DNA of 64,000 nt from Octopus sinensis (Eukaryota), in the NCBI RefSeq assembly GCF_006345805.1, contig NC_042997.1, forward strand, positions 17,856,001 through 17,920,000. Direction: 5' to 3'. Position numbers and translations under genes: made by a program. This document shows, in pieces, positions 26,801-38,889 of this stretch. Every line of letters starts with the position of its first letter. Within the stretch, counting starts at the first letter, position 1. Below the pieces are notes generated by a model. The model had not been told where the DNA came from. It did no database searches and worked only from the letters and a program-made list of their open reading frames with translations.

Positions 26801-27343
26801 TATATGCTCTTTGAGCTTGGATGGTAAATAATTATGTGTACTTAACATATTGGGCTTTTAGACTATTTGTCTAAACCATGTTTTCTTACCTCTGCCTTCT
26901 TCCTTTTGTTTATATTGTATACTTTTGTTTTTCACCCTGATGAAGATCAGTTGCTTTGATTTGAATGCACTATAAAGATGAAGAATTTTATTCTTGCATT
27001 TATGTATAGACTGCATTCTGGGAATTTGTTCAGAAACAGCTGTTAGCTTTGTTATGTCTTGCTTTGTATCAATAAGCAAGTTTTAAACATGTCCTATCAA
27101 TGTACTGGTTAATCTATGTTTTTCTCCATTTGCTAATTATTTGCATTGGTTCCTGATAAACATTTGTTTATCCTATTGTCACCTGCACTTGATGTATATG
27201 GTGTCCCTGCACACCATTGCCCAGGGATAACACAGGTAATGGATACTGATAGTATATTCAGATATTTTATCCCTTAGTCAGTTACTACAACTGCTAACTC
27301 TTGCTCTCTCTCTCTCTCTCTCTCTTTATGCATATATATATAT

Positions 27344-27391
<48 letters not shown>

Positions 27392-27484
27392 ATTATACAC
27401 ACACACACACACACACACACACAATATATATATATATATATATATATACATACTGTATATATATGTGTGTGTATGCACTTAGAT

Positions 27485-27760
27485 TTAAAGGTGCATGGCG
27501 TTGCACTCATAGTTGCTAGATTGTGAGTTTGATTCCTAGACAGAACGTCATGTATTCTTGTGCAAAACACTTCATTTCCTGTTACTTCAGTCCATTCAGC
27601 TGTAAATGGGTAACACTGCTACAGAATAGCCTTCCAATCTGAAGGAATGTTAGCCCACTCATCTAGCCAGTTGGGTAGTATCATTCAAAGGCTAAAACAA
27701 TGCAAAGTGCATTGTGACTAGCGATGTATAACAACATCTGATAGTCTGGTTGATACTGTC
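27485..27760 (+). mobile_element. Degenerate tRNA-derived CORE-type SINE
   Basis: B-box gagtttgattcc, core cttgtgcaaaacac..cagctgtaaatggg; tail shared with the 29546 SINE. Confidence 0.7.
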
Positions 27761-27889
27761 GTGCTGTAATATATACATAGATACATACACACATGTATAT
27801 ACACAAATACTCTCTCTCACACACAGACACACACAAACACACGCAGAGGTACACACAAACACATACATTTGGTTATATTATATATACAT

Positions 27890-28525
27890 CATCATCATCA
27901 TCGGCATTGTTTAACGTCCGCTTTCCATGCTGGCATGGGTTGGACTGTTTGACTGAGGAGTGGGGAGCCAGAAGGCTGCACCACATGTGCTGGTAAGGCA
28001 ACGCTGGCAATGATCATGCTTGAGTGGTGCTTTTTACATGTCACCAGCATGGGAACCAATCTGCAGCCCTGGCAACAATCATGCTCAGATGTGCTTTTAA
28101 CGTTCCACTGGCATGAGTGCTAATCAGGCGTTACTGTTATCGGCCATGTCAGCGATTTTGATTTTGATTTCACTTGCCTCAATAGGTCTTTGCAAGCAAA
28201 GTTTATTGTCCAATGAATGAGGGGTGCTCATAAGTGGGCTGATTACACCCACTGGCATAGTGCATGGGCTATGGTCTCTCTTGGCTTGTTGGGTCTTCTC
28301 AAGCACAGCATATCTCCAAAGGTCTCAGTTACTAGTTGTTGCCTCGGTAAAGCCCAATGTTCAAAGGGCGTACTTCACCACCACATCTCAAGGCTCCCTG
28401 GATCTACCTCTTCTACAGGTTCCCTCAACTGCTGGGGTGTGACACTTTTTCACACAGCTGTCCTCATTCATTCGCAACACATGACCATACCAGTGCAGTC
28501 GTCTCTTTTGCACACCACATCTATA
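27890..28525 (-). mobile_element. RTE-family-2 LINE 3' end
   Basis: CGVQKRRLHWYGHVLRMNEDSCVKKC, then the 3' UTR ending aaagcggacgttaaacaatgccgatgatgatg. Confidence 0.85.
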
Positions 28526-28631
28526 TTGGACTGAAGAGAGATAGAAAACATGATAAAAGTATGCCTTCAAACTTCAGAACACAAAAGTGTCGCCCAATTC
28601 AAATTCGGCACTTTTTATGGAACAACCTATA
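28525..28631 (-). repeat. Inverted duplicate of the left end of the adjacent Tc1/mariner element
   Basis: Reverse complement of 28670-28776 with few mismatches, separated by a (TA)n-rich spacer. Confidence 0.9.
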
Positions 28632-28671
28632 TACATATATATATATATATATATAATATATATATATATTA

Positions 28672-29506
28672 TAGGCTGTCCCATAAAAAGTGCTGAATTT
28701 GAATTGGGCGACACTTTTGTGTTCTGAAGTTTGAAGGCATGCTTTTATTATGTTTGCTATCTCTCTTCACTCCAATTAATAGTTTTTTGTTTGTTTTTCA
28801 GAATAGTGTGCAGTGTGCCATGGAGCAGTTTACAACAAAGCAAAGAATTCTTATCATGAAGACATTTTACGACAATGGAGAAAGTGCGACACAAACAGCT
28901 CAAATACTTTGTACAATTTTGGGGAGAAATGAAGCACCCAATGAGTTTACGGTTTGCAGACTAATGATGAAGTTTAAGACAACTGGTTCAGGGGCAATGG
29001 CCAAATCACCTGTGTAAAATAGTTCTTGTAAAATAGTGCTGTGTGAGGCAGTGTTACTCTGAGTCCTGGAAAATCAATTTGCCAACGTTCACAGCAGTTA
29101 GGCACCCTGACGACTTCATTACATCGAATTTTGCATAAAGATCTCCATATGCATGCATACAGAATTCAACTTATGCATCATCTTCAGCCACCTGACCAAG
29201 GAAGGTGGAGGAAGTTTGCTGACTGGATTGTGGAGAGAATTGCAGCTGATGAAAATTTTGCAAAGAAAATCATCTTCAGTGACAAGGCTCCCTCCCACTT
29301 GAGTGGATTTGTCAATAAACAAAACTGCCGGATTTGGGGAAATGAATATCCTCAGACTCAGTGCAGGTGAACATATGACTGACATTGTGTTCTATATCTA
29401 AACAGGGGACATAATTCATTAGAAATATGCAGAATATAACCATGTTTATAAGAAATCGTTTTAATTATTCACCTTTCAAATTCAGCACCCTTTATGGAAC
29501 ACCCTA
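28672..29506 (+). mobile_element. Internally deleted Tc1/mariner element (DUF4817-type N-terminus, rosa/DD41D-like)
   Basis: TA-flanked TIRs taggctgtcccataaaaagtgctgaatttgaa / ttcaaattcagcaccctttatggaacacccta. MEQFTTKQRILIMKTFYDNGES; KIIFSDKA..HLSGFVNKQNCRIWG. Subfamily is inferred. Confidence 0.85.
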
Positions 29507-29545
29507 TACATATATTTATACAAACAAATATATATATAAATATAT

Positions 29546-29837
29546 ATCACGAGATCACGTGACCGACCAGACCATCAGATGTTGCTACACATCGCTGGTC
29601 ACAATGCGCTTCGCTAAATGCCACCCCGCTGGCTAAGCGAGCAGGCCAACAGAAGAAAGAGTGAAAGAAAGTTGTGGTGAAAGAGAACAGCTGGGATCAC
29701 CACCCCCTGCCAGAGCCTCGTGGAGCCTTTAGGTGTTTTCGCTCAATAAACACTCACAATGCCTGATCTGGGAATCGAAACCGCGATCCTACGACTGCGA
29801 GTCCGCTGCCCTAACCACTGGGCCATTGCGCCTCCAC
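29546..29837 (-). mobile_element. Young tRNA-derived SINE
   Basis: Head gtggaggcgcaatggcccagtggttagggc...ggtttcgattccc; CpGs retained. Confidence 0.88.
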
Positions 29838-29845
29838 ATAAATAT

Positions 29846-29909
<64 letters not shown>

Positions 29910-29919
29910 TGTGTGTATG

Positions 29920-29950
<31 letters not shown>

Positions 29951-31094
29951 ATATATATATACACATACATGCACACACACACAAACACACAATGTGATAT
30001 ACATATTTATATATAATATTATGTAATAAATAGTAACTTTTGATCTTAAAGTAAATGATTTTTATATATCTATACATAGGCATACTTACATATACATACA
30101 TGCACACATTTTACACAACATTTTGTTATTAACGTGATTTTTTTTTGTGCCGAAATGATATTGCTGAAACAATATAACTGCATAAAATATAAACTATTCA
30201 GCAGATATGAAACTCATTAAAAAATTTATTGCTTCCACAATGTAACATAAACACTTGGCACTACCTGCTAATTCAGTCACCACAGTATCTAATATACATA
30301 CATGCATGTATACGTACATACATACATACATATATACATACATGTATATATATATATATATAATGTTTGCCAGAACAAAATGATAGCATTTTATTTTAGT
30401 TTCAAAAGATATTCCAACTGAAAGGAGTCAAACTTCAAGGCATTCAGATTATAAGTTGTGCCATAGATATAACTTGTTTGGAAATATTTGTTAGTACTAG
30501 CTTAAAAAGGTATTCAGATAACATTAAAACCTGTTTAGGTGGAAACCAAGTAAAACCAGAAAACATAAAAGCACTGCATATATAATCAACCTAGGTGGCC
30601 ATTATATAGAGATATAGAGAGTGAGAAAGGAAAAGAGGGATATATATCATCATCATCATCATCATCATTTAGCGTCCGTTTTCCATGGTAGCATGGGTTG
30701 GACATATGTGTGTGTGTGTGTGTGTGTGTGTATACATATATGATACATAAAGAGAGAAAGAGAGAAGGACATAATGAGAGAAAGAAAGAAGATGAAGTGG
30801 TCTGAAGCATAGATTCTATTGTGAGACTATTCTATCAGTTCATTGAAATTGTTCATAAAAAGCTAGTATTTAGTCATTACACACCTGCAGTTATCTGAAT
30901 GATTTTATGAAACCTTTTGGATTGTCAGTCTGTATGAGGCAGAAAACAGTAATTCATACAAGAGTTATATGGCATTTACTAATGTCTCATTATATACAAT
31001 AGGTATTGAACAAAAGGGGCTTAATGAAATAAATTGTGTCTCTTTTTGTATATGTATGTTATGTGTAGCATGCAATATAGCAAAAAGATATAAG

Positions 31095-31620
31095 CTATGA
31101 TGATAATGATGATAGTAATGATGATGATATTGATAATGATGTTTATAATAATGACAATGTTGGTGATGATAACGATCATAATGATGGTGATGATGGTGGC
31201 GGGGATGGTGTTAATGGGGATAATGATGCTGTTGATACTGATGATGACAACAATGTTGCTGATAATGTTCATGATGACAATCTTAATCACCATGAGGATG
31301 ATGATGATGATGATGTTGATGACAGCAACAATATTGTTGATAATGTTGATGATGATGACAAAAATGATGATGATGACAATCATGATGATGATAACAATAT
31401 TGATGACCGTGACGATGATGATGATGATGATGATGATGATGACCATGATGATGATGTTGATGATGATGTTGATGATGATGACCATGATGATGATGATGAT
31501 GATGATAGCAACAATGTTGTTGATAATGTTGATGATGATGAGGATGACTATCATGATGATGATGATGATGACAATGTTGATGACTATAATGATTATATTG
31601 GTGCTACTGCTGCTGTTGTG
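31095..31620. repeat. Long imperfect (GAT)n trinucleotide tract
   Basis: Direct inspection; source of the Met- and Ile-rich pseudo-ORFs. Confidence 0.95.
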
Positions 31621-32166
31621 ACCAGTGGGTGATAATAATGGTTGGTAACGGTAGTACTGTGAAGAAGACAGTTAAATAGCTAATGTAAAATGATAACTTG
31701 GTGGTGATAGAGAATGTAGTCTGCACCAATTGATAAATTTTATTCTATCCTATACAATATCTGAAATATCCTCTAGTGTGCATATTGTATGGAGGCAGAT
31801 AAGTGATAAATTGAGAAAAATATTCCCCCTGTGGATAATATTTGTGTAAGATAGATAATGCTATCGAAAGGCAGTGAAGAGATTTATGATTAATCAACAA
31901 ATTGAGTTCATCTTAGGAGTAGGTTGTAAATCAAGAATTAGTTTTTGTTATTTTAAAAATAAGAAAATATGGATATAAGATTTGAAGTCAAGTTCCAAGA
32001 TAATAGAATCAACTACAATTTAATTTTTCTTACTTCCAAAAATCTATATCATTGTCACTTGCATGTGACAAGAATAAATACTTATACTATTCTATATTTT
32101 TGAGATGAGGAATTATGTACATTATTTACAATGGACAGTTATGTTTCTTCACCTTGTTTGTTGTTA

Positions 32167-32210
32167 CCACAATGTTTCAGCTGATGTACTGTCCAGCCTT
32201 CATCAGGTGT
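32167..32210 (-). ncRNA. Hammerhead motif, family C (copy 1)
   Basis: ACAC CTGATGA AGGCTG GACAGTACAT CAGCT GAA ACAT T|GTGG: core intact, helix III palindrome decayed (ACGT to ACAT, CpG-type change). Confidence 0.7.
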
Positions 32211-32825
32211 TCTGGTGGGATTTCGAACCCAACACTTTATCTGACTAATGGGGTACTCTGTTCTCATTCCTAAGGTATTCTTTTTTGCTGATGTTATTTT
32301 TTTCTGTAGCTATTATTTCCCAAGTCCCTACCTGGGATTGAATACAGAATCCAAGGGTTAGTAGCCTGTGCTACTAACTATGCTATATGCCTATAGGCAA
32401 TTATAGAGTGAACTTTTGGGCTTATAAACTTAATATTTTATCTAAGGTCTGCTTAGGAGGCAACTGTGTCCTAGTATATGTGTTGCTTCTTTTAATTTTT
32501 GTAGTTTCCAGTGGTGTTCTCTGTCTATCATTTTAACTTCATCCCATAGGGTGAGGTGGTCTTTGTTTTTCCATATATGATCAGATATACCTGATTTTTC
32601 AATATCCCCTCATGTCACAGCTTTACAATGTTCCTCTACCCTTATTTTTAGGGGGCGGCATGTTTCACCTTAATACAAAAATTAAAAGAGGCAGCACATA
32701 TGCTAGGGTACAATAACCTGCTAAGCAGACCGAATGCATTTATGAATGTAATTTAGGAACCAGTATTGAGAAAAGATAAAATATTAAGTTTATAAGCCCA
32801 AAAGTTCACTCTATAATTGCCTATT

Positions 32826-32896
32826 GGCACATAGCATAGTGGATAAGAGTGCAAGCTACTAACCCTTGGATTCTGAGATCAATCCCGGGCAGGGAC
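32826..32896 (+). promoter_or_regulatory. tRNA-like Pol III promoter (A/B boxes) inside the PLE pLTR; mirror copy at 32320-32391 on the minus strand
   Basis: A-box TAGCATAGTGG, anticodon-like arm gctactaacc, B-box-like gagatcaatccc (other copy gtattcaatccc). Confidence 0.65.
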
Positions 32897-32990
32897 TTGG
32901 GAAATAATATCTACAGAAAAAATAACATTAGCAAAAGAAGAGTACCTTAAGAATGAGAAAAGAGTACCTCAAAGGGGTGGGTTCAAAATT

Positions 32991-33036
32991 CCACCAGATG
33001 AAGTCTGGTGAGTACCTCAGCTGAAACGTTGTTGTG
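32991..33036 (+). ncRNA. Hammerhead motif, family C (copy 2, core mutated)
   Basis: CCAC CAGATGA AGTCTG GTGAGTACCT CAGCT GAAACGTT GTTGTG; U4 is changed to A. Confidence 0.6.
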
Positions 33037-33406
33037 CTAACAACAAACATTGTAAATAATGTATAAATACTTATGACTATTATCTGAAAAAAGTATGAAT
33101 ACCTAACTGCACACTAAATTTCTTACTGAAGATGTTACTAATATCTTCATGCATGGCTTGCACTGTTCTTATAAGCCATTCCTTAACCGCCATTTTATAG
33201 ATAAGAAGTCACTGTTGTATTACAACAAAGATGTTAGAGTTTGCATAGATCTATTTGCAGGCTGTGTGGTTGAGACTCTTGCTTTTTATATTTAAGTGTC
33301 CATCAACCGTAGGATGGTTGATGGACACTGAAAGAAGCCCATTGTATGTGTAGAAATCATGCCAAGATGATGATGATGATGATGATGATATATATATATA
33401 TGTGTG

Positions 33407-33448
<42 letters not shown>

Positions 33449-33790
33449 TGTTTGTGTGTACCTTTTCTCTTGATGGTGATGGATGTAAACAAGCACCACT
33501 CATTTGCAGTCTTCCAGGGAAAACATGCTTGGCCATGAGGAAATATTACTTTGCTTGGAAACAGGTATGGGCTGGTGACAGGAAAGGAATCTGGCTATTG
33601 AAATTCTGCTTTAACAAAATTCCATCTGACCTACGCAACTATGGAAAAGTGGGCACTAAATGATGATGATGAAGATAATGATGATGACCTATTTGTTGCA
33701 AGAATATTTTGAAAATCCTTATCAGTAGGACAGAAAGTGGAATACTAATATTTATCCCCACTGAAATGTGAATGTTCTGTTAGAACAAAA

Positions 33791-34232
33791 TATACTGCAG
33801 TAGACACCATGAGAGAAACTCTCAAATTGGGTTTTGGTGCAAAATGTACTCTTATTTATATTGCTAGTTGGGATATAAATCCCTGTCACCTCCAGTGCTG
33901 AGACTATCGGACAATGTGATTTCTACCTTCTTTGGTCTTGTCAATGATGGACCCTTGAATGATAGAGATAGCAGCAATTCATCTCTCTGCCAGTGATATG
34001 GAGAATAACAATGCCAGAACGGGTGCTGATGTTTGGATTAGCCAGTTAGCTTGTTATCAGTAGCAGTTGGTATCCATCATTGATAAAACCAAGGTAGGTC
34101 GAAGTTATGTGATCTGGTAGTCTCAGCACTGGAGATAGTGGGGATTTGTCTTCCCATAGCAATATAAGCAAGAGTGCATTTTGTACCAAAAGCCAACATG
34201 AGAGTTTCTCTCATGGTAACTACTGCAATATA
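33791..34232. mobile_element. MITE with ~125-bp imperfect TIRs
   Basis: tatactgcagtagacaccatgagagaaactctc...ccagtgctgagacta versus tagtctcagcactgg...gagagtttctctcatggtaactactgcaatata. Confidence 0.8.
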
Positions 34233-34989
34233 GTTTCTTCTTGCAGAACATCCACATCCAAGTGGGAATAAAAATTACCTCTCAACATTAAATCTGCCTT
34301 TGGCACTAATTAATATTTTTTAAAAAGTAGAATATATCAAGTTTGTGCTGAAAATAGGTTTCATGTTATTTTAATGTTTATATTTCTGCTATATTTACAG
34401 ACATAGGATGCTGTCATTTAAATTTGACATTTGACTTTTACTGGAAAAAAATAATAATAATAAAACAGCATTTAGACATGCCTGACTGCTCTAAGTTAAA
34501 TTAGATGATCAAATAGTAGAACACTTCTGAAAAAATTATGTCTATGGGATCTATCATCCAGTTGTCTACTTGTATAGTAAAGGTCATATGATTGAAACTA
34601 CATGAGAATAATCAACAAAATATTTTCCAATCAAGTGGATGGTTCTGCTCTATTTGTCACCACCTATTATACAGGTCTTTTTAGCTGACTAATCATTAGG
34701 AAGTGAGGATGTTTCTCAGCATCTAATCCAGATGTAAATATATTTCAATCTTCCTCCACCTCTCCTCCTTCTCATCACCAGCTTTAAAACCATCAACAGC
34801 TTTATAATCATCGCCATCTTATTCACAGCTGCTGCCGCTGCTGCTGCCGCTGCTGCTGCCACTGCCGCTGCCGCCACCACCACCACCAACAACAATAACA
34901 CCAGCAGCAGCAGCAGCAGCACCGCCACCACCACCACCACCAACAACTTTGCTTCCACACTGCTACTGTTTTTTTTTGTTGATTGAAGA

Positions 34990-35138
34990 CATTATATGTA
35001 CCAGAGGTATGTAGTGTCTGTCAAGTCACAACAAGGACCTCAGACAGACAGTACTTTACACAATATGTGTGCAGTTCCAAGTAATCCCGGTTTTTGCAAT
35101 ACACCTATTGTACAAATACAAAGCAAAAGTCAAACATA
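34990..35138 (-). mobile_element. R4/Dong LINE extreme 3' fragment, opposite orientation to the stack
   Basis: IGVLQKPGLLGTAHILCKVLSV*. Confidence 0.7.
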
Positions 35139-35214
35139 TAATAATAATAATAATAATAATAGTAATAATAATAATAATAATAATAATGATGATGATAATA
35201 ATAATAATAATAAC

Positions 35215-36125
35215 AACAATCAAAGACAAAATCATCACTGCATATTTCAAGTGCCTCAAACTTCTCTTGAAATCAGAACTCAGCTCAAGGAACCTTGTAA
35301 CTGCCACCAACATATGGGCTGTTGCTGTAGTCTACTATAGTGCACCCATCCTGAAATGGACACTAGCAGAGATTTACCAGCTTAATTGCACTACCCTAAA
35401 GACAATGACAATGCATGGTGCCCACCATCCTAAGGTAAATGTATGCAAGCTCTACATAAAGAGGAGTAAAGGTGGATGTGGACTGATTAGCATATGGGAG
35501 TGGATCAACAGTGAAAGATGAAACATGGCAAAATATTTGGTAAACAGCAAACAAAACCTGATACAGTATGCTGCTAATGCAGAAGGATTTACAAAAAATG
35601 GACTTGAGAGTGCTCATGAATTCCAATCATGACCAGTCAACGAGAGAGAAAAAACCCTACTCTGCATGGAATTACATGGTAAGTTCCACCATGAAACTAA
35701 AAAATTAAAAAAACCAGGAAACATTATGGAGGTGGCTCAGCAAGGGTGGCCTAAAAAAAGAATACTGAAAGCATAGTCATTGCTGCCCTGGATCAAGCAT
35801 TGAAAACCAACTCAGAGAAATGTGATATATACCACACAAGTGCCGCAAACCTCTGCAGAATGTGTGGGAAGAGGGTCGAATATTCCCATTAGTTATCAGC
35901 ATATTGGGAAATATCCCTATAGATCTGAACAGATGGATAGAGGAAATAAGCAGAAAACCCAGTTCAGTACAGCTCCAGTAAACAGTGTTATTATGGACAG
36001 CTAGGATACTTAGGAGGGTTCTTGGTATCAAAGGTTACTTGCTGTAACCTAATAGGAGGGATGTTGGCATTTAAGGCTACTGATTGTAGCCTGATGTTAG
36101 GATCCTTCTCTTTTCCAACAGTCTA
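35215..36125 (+). mobile_element. R4/Dong LINE 5'-truncated copy 1
   Basis: LLKSELSSRNLVTATNIWAVAV..MHGAHHPKVNVCKLYIKRSKGGCGLISI; ends ARILRRVLG. Confidence 0.88.
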
Positions 36126-36129
36126 ATGT

Positions 36130-36677
36130 GCTGAGTGTATTACCAGGATGTGACTCTCATGGCTTCTAATATTAAATGATTGGAAGTGTTATCATGTACA
36201 TTGTTTTGTCTTGGTATAAAAGATGGGCTACAGCAAATATTCTGCTCAATACCACAGATTTGCTTGTCAGGTGCTTGACCTTAACCAGTTGAGCATGTCC
36301 CTTAGTGACTGATGATATGTGTATCTCTGATCATGAGCAGAAGTAGTGGGGGAGCATTGTAGCTGTGTGTTGAGAAGAATTCTTTGGGGTTTGAATAATT
36401 CACCTCTGGAAACATGGGTGTTCAACATCCTTAAATAAACCTTATTCAGGGACCTTTTGTGTGGGATAGGCTACTCGATCTGATGAAAATTTTAACCGAG
36501 CCCCACTTGCAAGGTCATGCACTATTTATCTTGATATGAGATCACTGTGTCATGCACATGTAGTTGTGATGCACGGGCTTGGTGTACTCTTAACAGACAG
36601 GTAGTCATGATGCGTATACTGGACTTCATATATTTTACCCCAGTGTCACTTTGATGTCATGCACTGCTCTCTTACTC

Positions 36678-36680
<3 letters not shown>
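36130..36680 (+). mobile_element. ~550-bp non-coding (AAT)n-associated element, copy 1
   Basis: Collinear with 39684-40222 and 47207-47750; ends ...ctcttactc followed by (AAT)n. Confidence 0.85.
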
Positions 36681-36717
<37 letters not shown>

Positions 36718-36719
36718 TA

Positions 36720-37200
36720 TGTAGTATGAGCACAAATCACAGAGAGTGGTGGAGTTGGAGACTTGCAAAATCCTCTGATATTTCCCAATCCAAATAGATC
36801 AGGTGCTAGAGCATAACAGACCAGACCTCGTGGTGGTCGACAAGGTGCACCACCTGTGCTATATTGTAACACTTGCATGCTCTTTTGACCCATAAATTGT
36901 CAAGAAGGAAGGCAAAAAATACATATATACAATTTTCTTAAGTACAAAATAGTCTGGCTGTGGAAAATGAAGGTGAAGACAGTGCCAATTATTGTTGGTT
37001 CCTTGGGGACAGTATCAGAAGGCATCAAGAGGAATATAAAGGAAATTGGAATAGAGTGCCCAGTAGTTTACTTCCTTGGCGTGGCCAGAATAATCAGGAA
37101 AGTATTAGATATTTGAAAAGAACAGATAACATGGTACCAAAGGCTGCAGGCAGCAAGCCTGCTACAAATGCAACTCTCATTGATTTCAATAAATGAGTGT
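36720..37200 (+). mobile_element. R4/Dong LINE copy 2 (endonuclease domain)
   Basis: YEHK..KIL*YFPIQIDQVLEHNRPDLVVVDK..KTVPIIVGSLG..ARIIRKVL. Confidence 0.85.
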
Positions 37201-37279
37201 TTTGAAGGAAAGAATTTAAAAAAAGCAACGATTAAAAACTGAAGCTGCATCTATTTGCAATAGATGTGTGAATGTAATT

Positions 37280-38385
37280 TGAGTCCAGGTATGGATTTTA
37301 CTATGAAGTCACAACAGGAACAATGATGATTTTGATTTTGATGGGATTGGATAAATGTGTCTGTTGATTACAGGATAAAGTTCTTTTATTGTTCTGTTTC
37401 TTCAGCCCAAATTGTTTAGATACATCAAGACACATTTTGCATCAAATCTATCTATACAATAACTTTCCTGAGATGTTACATTAAGCTGTAAAGGTTTTAG
37501 TGATTGTTTCAACTTATCCTTATACCTTAGCAAGTATCTTTCTTTATTGCAGAATCCCTCTACTTGTTGGCCATACAAAAGAATTTTTGGAATGCGATCA
37601 TTTTGCATTCAAACACTATGTCCTGACCATCTGCACTGAATTCTCAACAGCATGATTTTCATACCAGAGATATCACATTTTTCTAAAATTTGATATCTTA
37701 TCTTACTGTTTGATATTTGATTCCTTTTACTATGCTATATTGCAGATATTGTACAGACAGTGCATGTGAAAGGTTTCAAGTTTCTGTATATGTGTGTAGT
37801 AGGGAGTCCATGCTTCTGCCCCATACAAAGTGTGCTCAAAATACAAGATTTGTATATACTTATCTTAGTTTTTAAACTGACACCATGTTCATCCCACAAA
37901 TATTGGGAAAGTTTTCCGAAAGCACTTTTAACCTTTGGTATTTTAACATTGATTTTCTTGAACTTGCCTAAGGTGAAAAATGATGACAGCTGTGCTTCTC
38001 CCAGCCTGAAATCTACATTGGTATTCAAGATATATGCTGTTTAATTCATATTTATCTATATAGTTAAGGATAACTCCAACAAGAATTTTTCCAGCCATGC
38101 ACAACAAACATCTTTTCCTGTGATTATCACATACAATCTTCTTTCCTTTGTTTTTGTAGAAGTGTGTTTAAGATGCATCTTTGAACTGCTGGGAAAGAGA
38201 TCCAGTTTCCCAGATCAACCAGATCAATTTGTGCAGCTATCTTACATGTTGTCTACCATATTTGTACACTTCTATGGGGATAACATGTTGTCCTGGAGCT
38301 TTTACCACTGGAAAGTTTTGACAACAATTTTGTTTAACAATTACAAACACAATATTTTAGCTGGCAGATAAATATAAAAGCACCT
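37280..38385 (-). mobile_element. RTE LINE 3' part, internally deleted
   Basis: KAPGQHVIPIEVYKYG, VKSAFGKLSQYLWDEHGVSLKTKISIYK, MQNDRIPKILLYG. Confidence 0.8.
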
Positions 38386-38391
38386 AGAAGC

Positions 38392-38870
38392 ATCCTCATT
38401 CTGGTAACTGGTACATGCCAGGCTATGTCATAACTAAAAGCAAAGATTGCAGTGATGTCAGATTAACCAGAGCTCACAAAACTCTGAAGTGTTACTTGAG
38501 TCACAGAATGATTTGCTGTAAGGTATTTGTTCAATCATATACAAAGAAGCCATTAAGTTCCAATATTCCTCCTAGAACAAATGTGTCTTCATTAAAACAT
38601 CCTGAAACAATATAAAATTTTGAAACATCAAAATTCAAAACTTGAGAATATAAATGAAAACAGTGACCCTGAAGTTTTGTGGTTTAACCGTTGTAACATC
38701 AGATCATTTGCTGAAGAAGTTCTAGGATTTGTTAAATGCAAGCATCAAGATTGGTTTGATGAGAATGATTCTCAAATCAAACCTCTCTTAAAAGCTATGC
38801 ACGAAAGATACAAAGTATGCATCTCAAACAAAACCTCACCATCACTATTAATTGGAACTGAATGTTAACT
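38392..38870 (+). mobile_element. Inverted RTE 5' part (APE end plus linker)
   Basis: HPHSGNWYMPGYVITK..DVRLTRA, VLGFVKCKHQDWFDENDSQIKPLL. Confidence 0.8.
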
Positions 38871-38889
38871 CCCACTACCTAACAACAAC

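Larger units (their letters stand above)
32085..33065. mobile_element. Penelope-like element: divergent inverted pair of pLTR copies
   Basis: ~390-bp arms (32120-32515 minus; 32672-33065 plus). Each has a GIY-YIG-like end (KLKEAAHMLGYNNLLSRP on the plus copy), a tRNA-like head and a hammerhead. Confidence 0.75.

Noticed and set aside
26930-26975. CTGATGA-AGATCAG..TTGATTT-GAA possible hammerhead
   Set aside because: The GAAA is incomplete, there is no full helix III palindrome and no helix I partner; at best a very decayed relic.
29765-29837. tRNA-like sequences here and at 13780-13856, 44615-44688 and 51961-52030
   Set aside because: These are SINE heads continuing into SINE bodies, without proper acceptor stems; they are not tRNA genes.
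31021-31621. Met- and Ile-rich 174-177 aa ORFs; likewise the poly-I/Y/H/N ORFs elsewhere
   Set aside because: These are translations of microsatellites.
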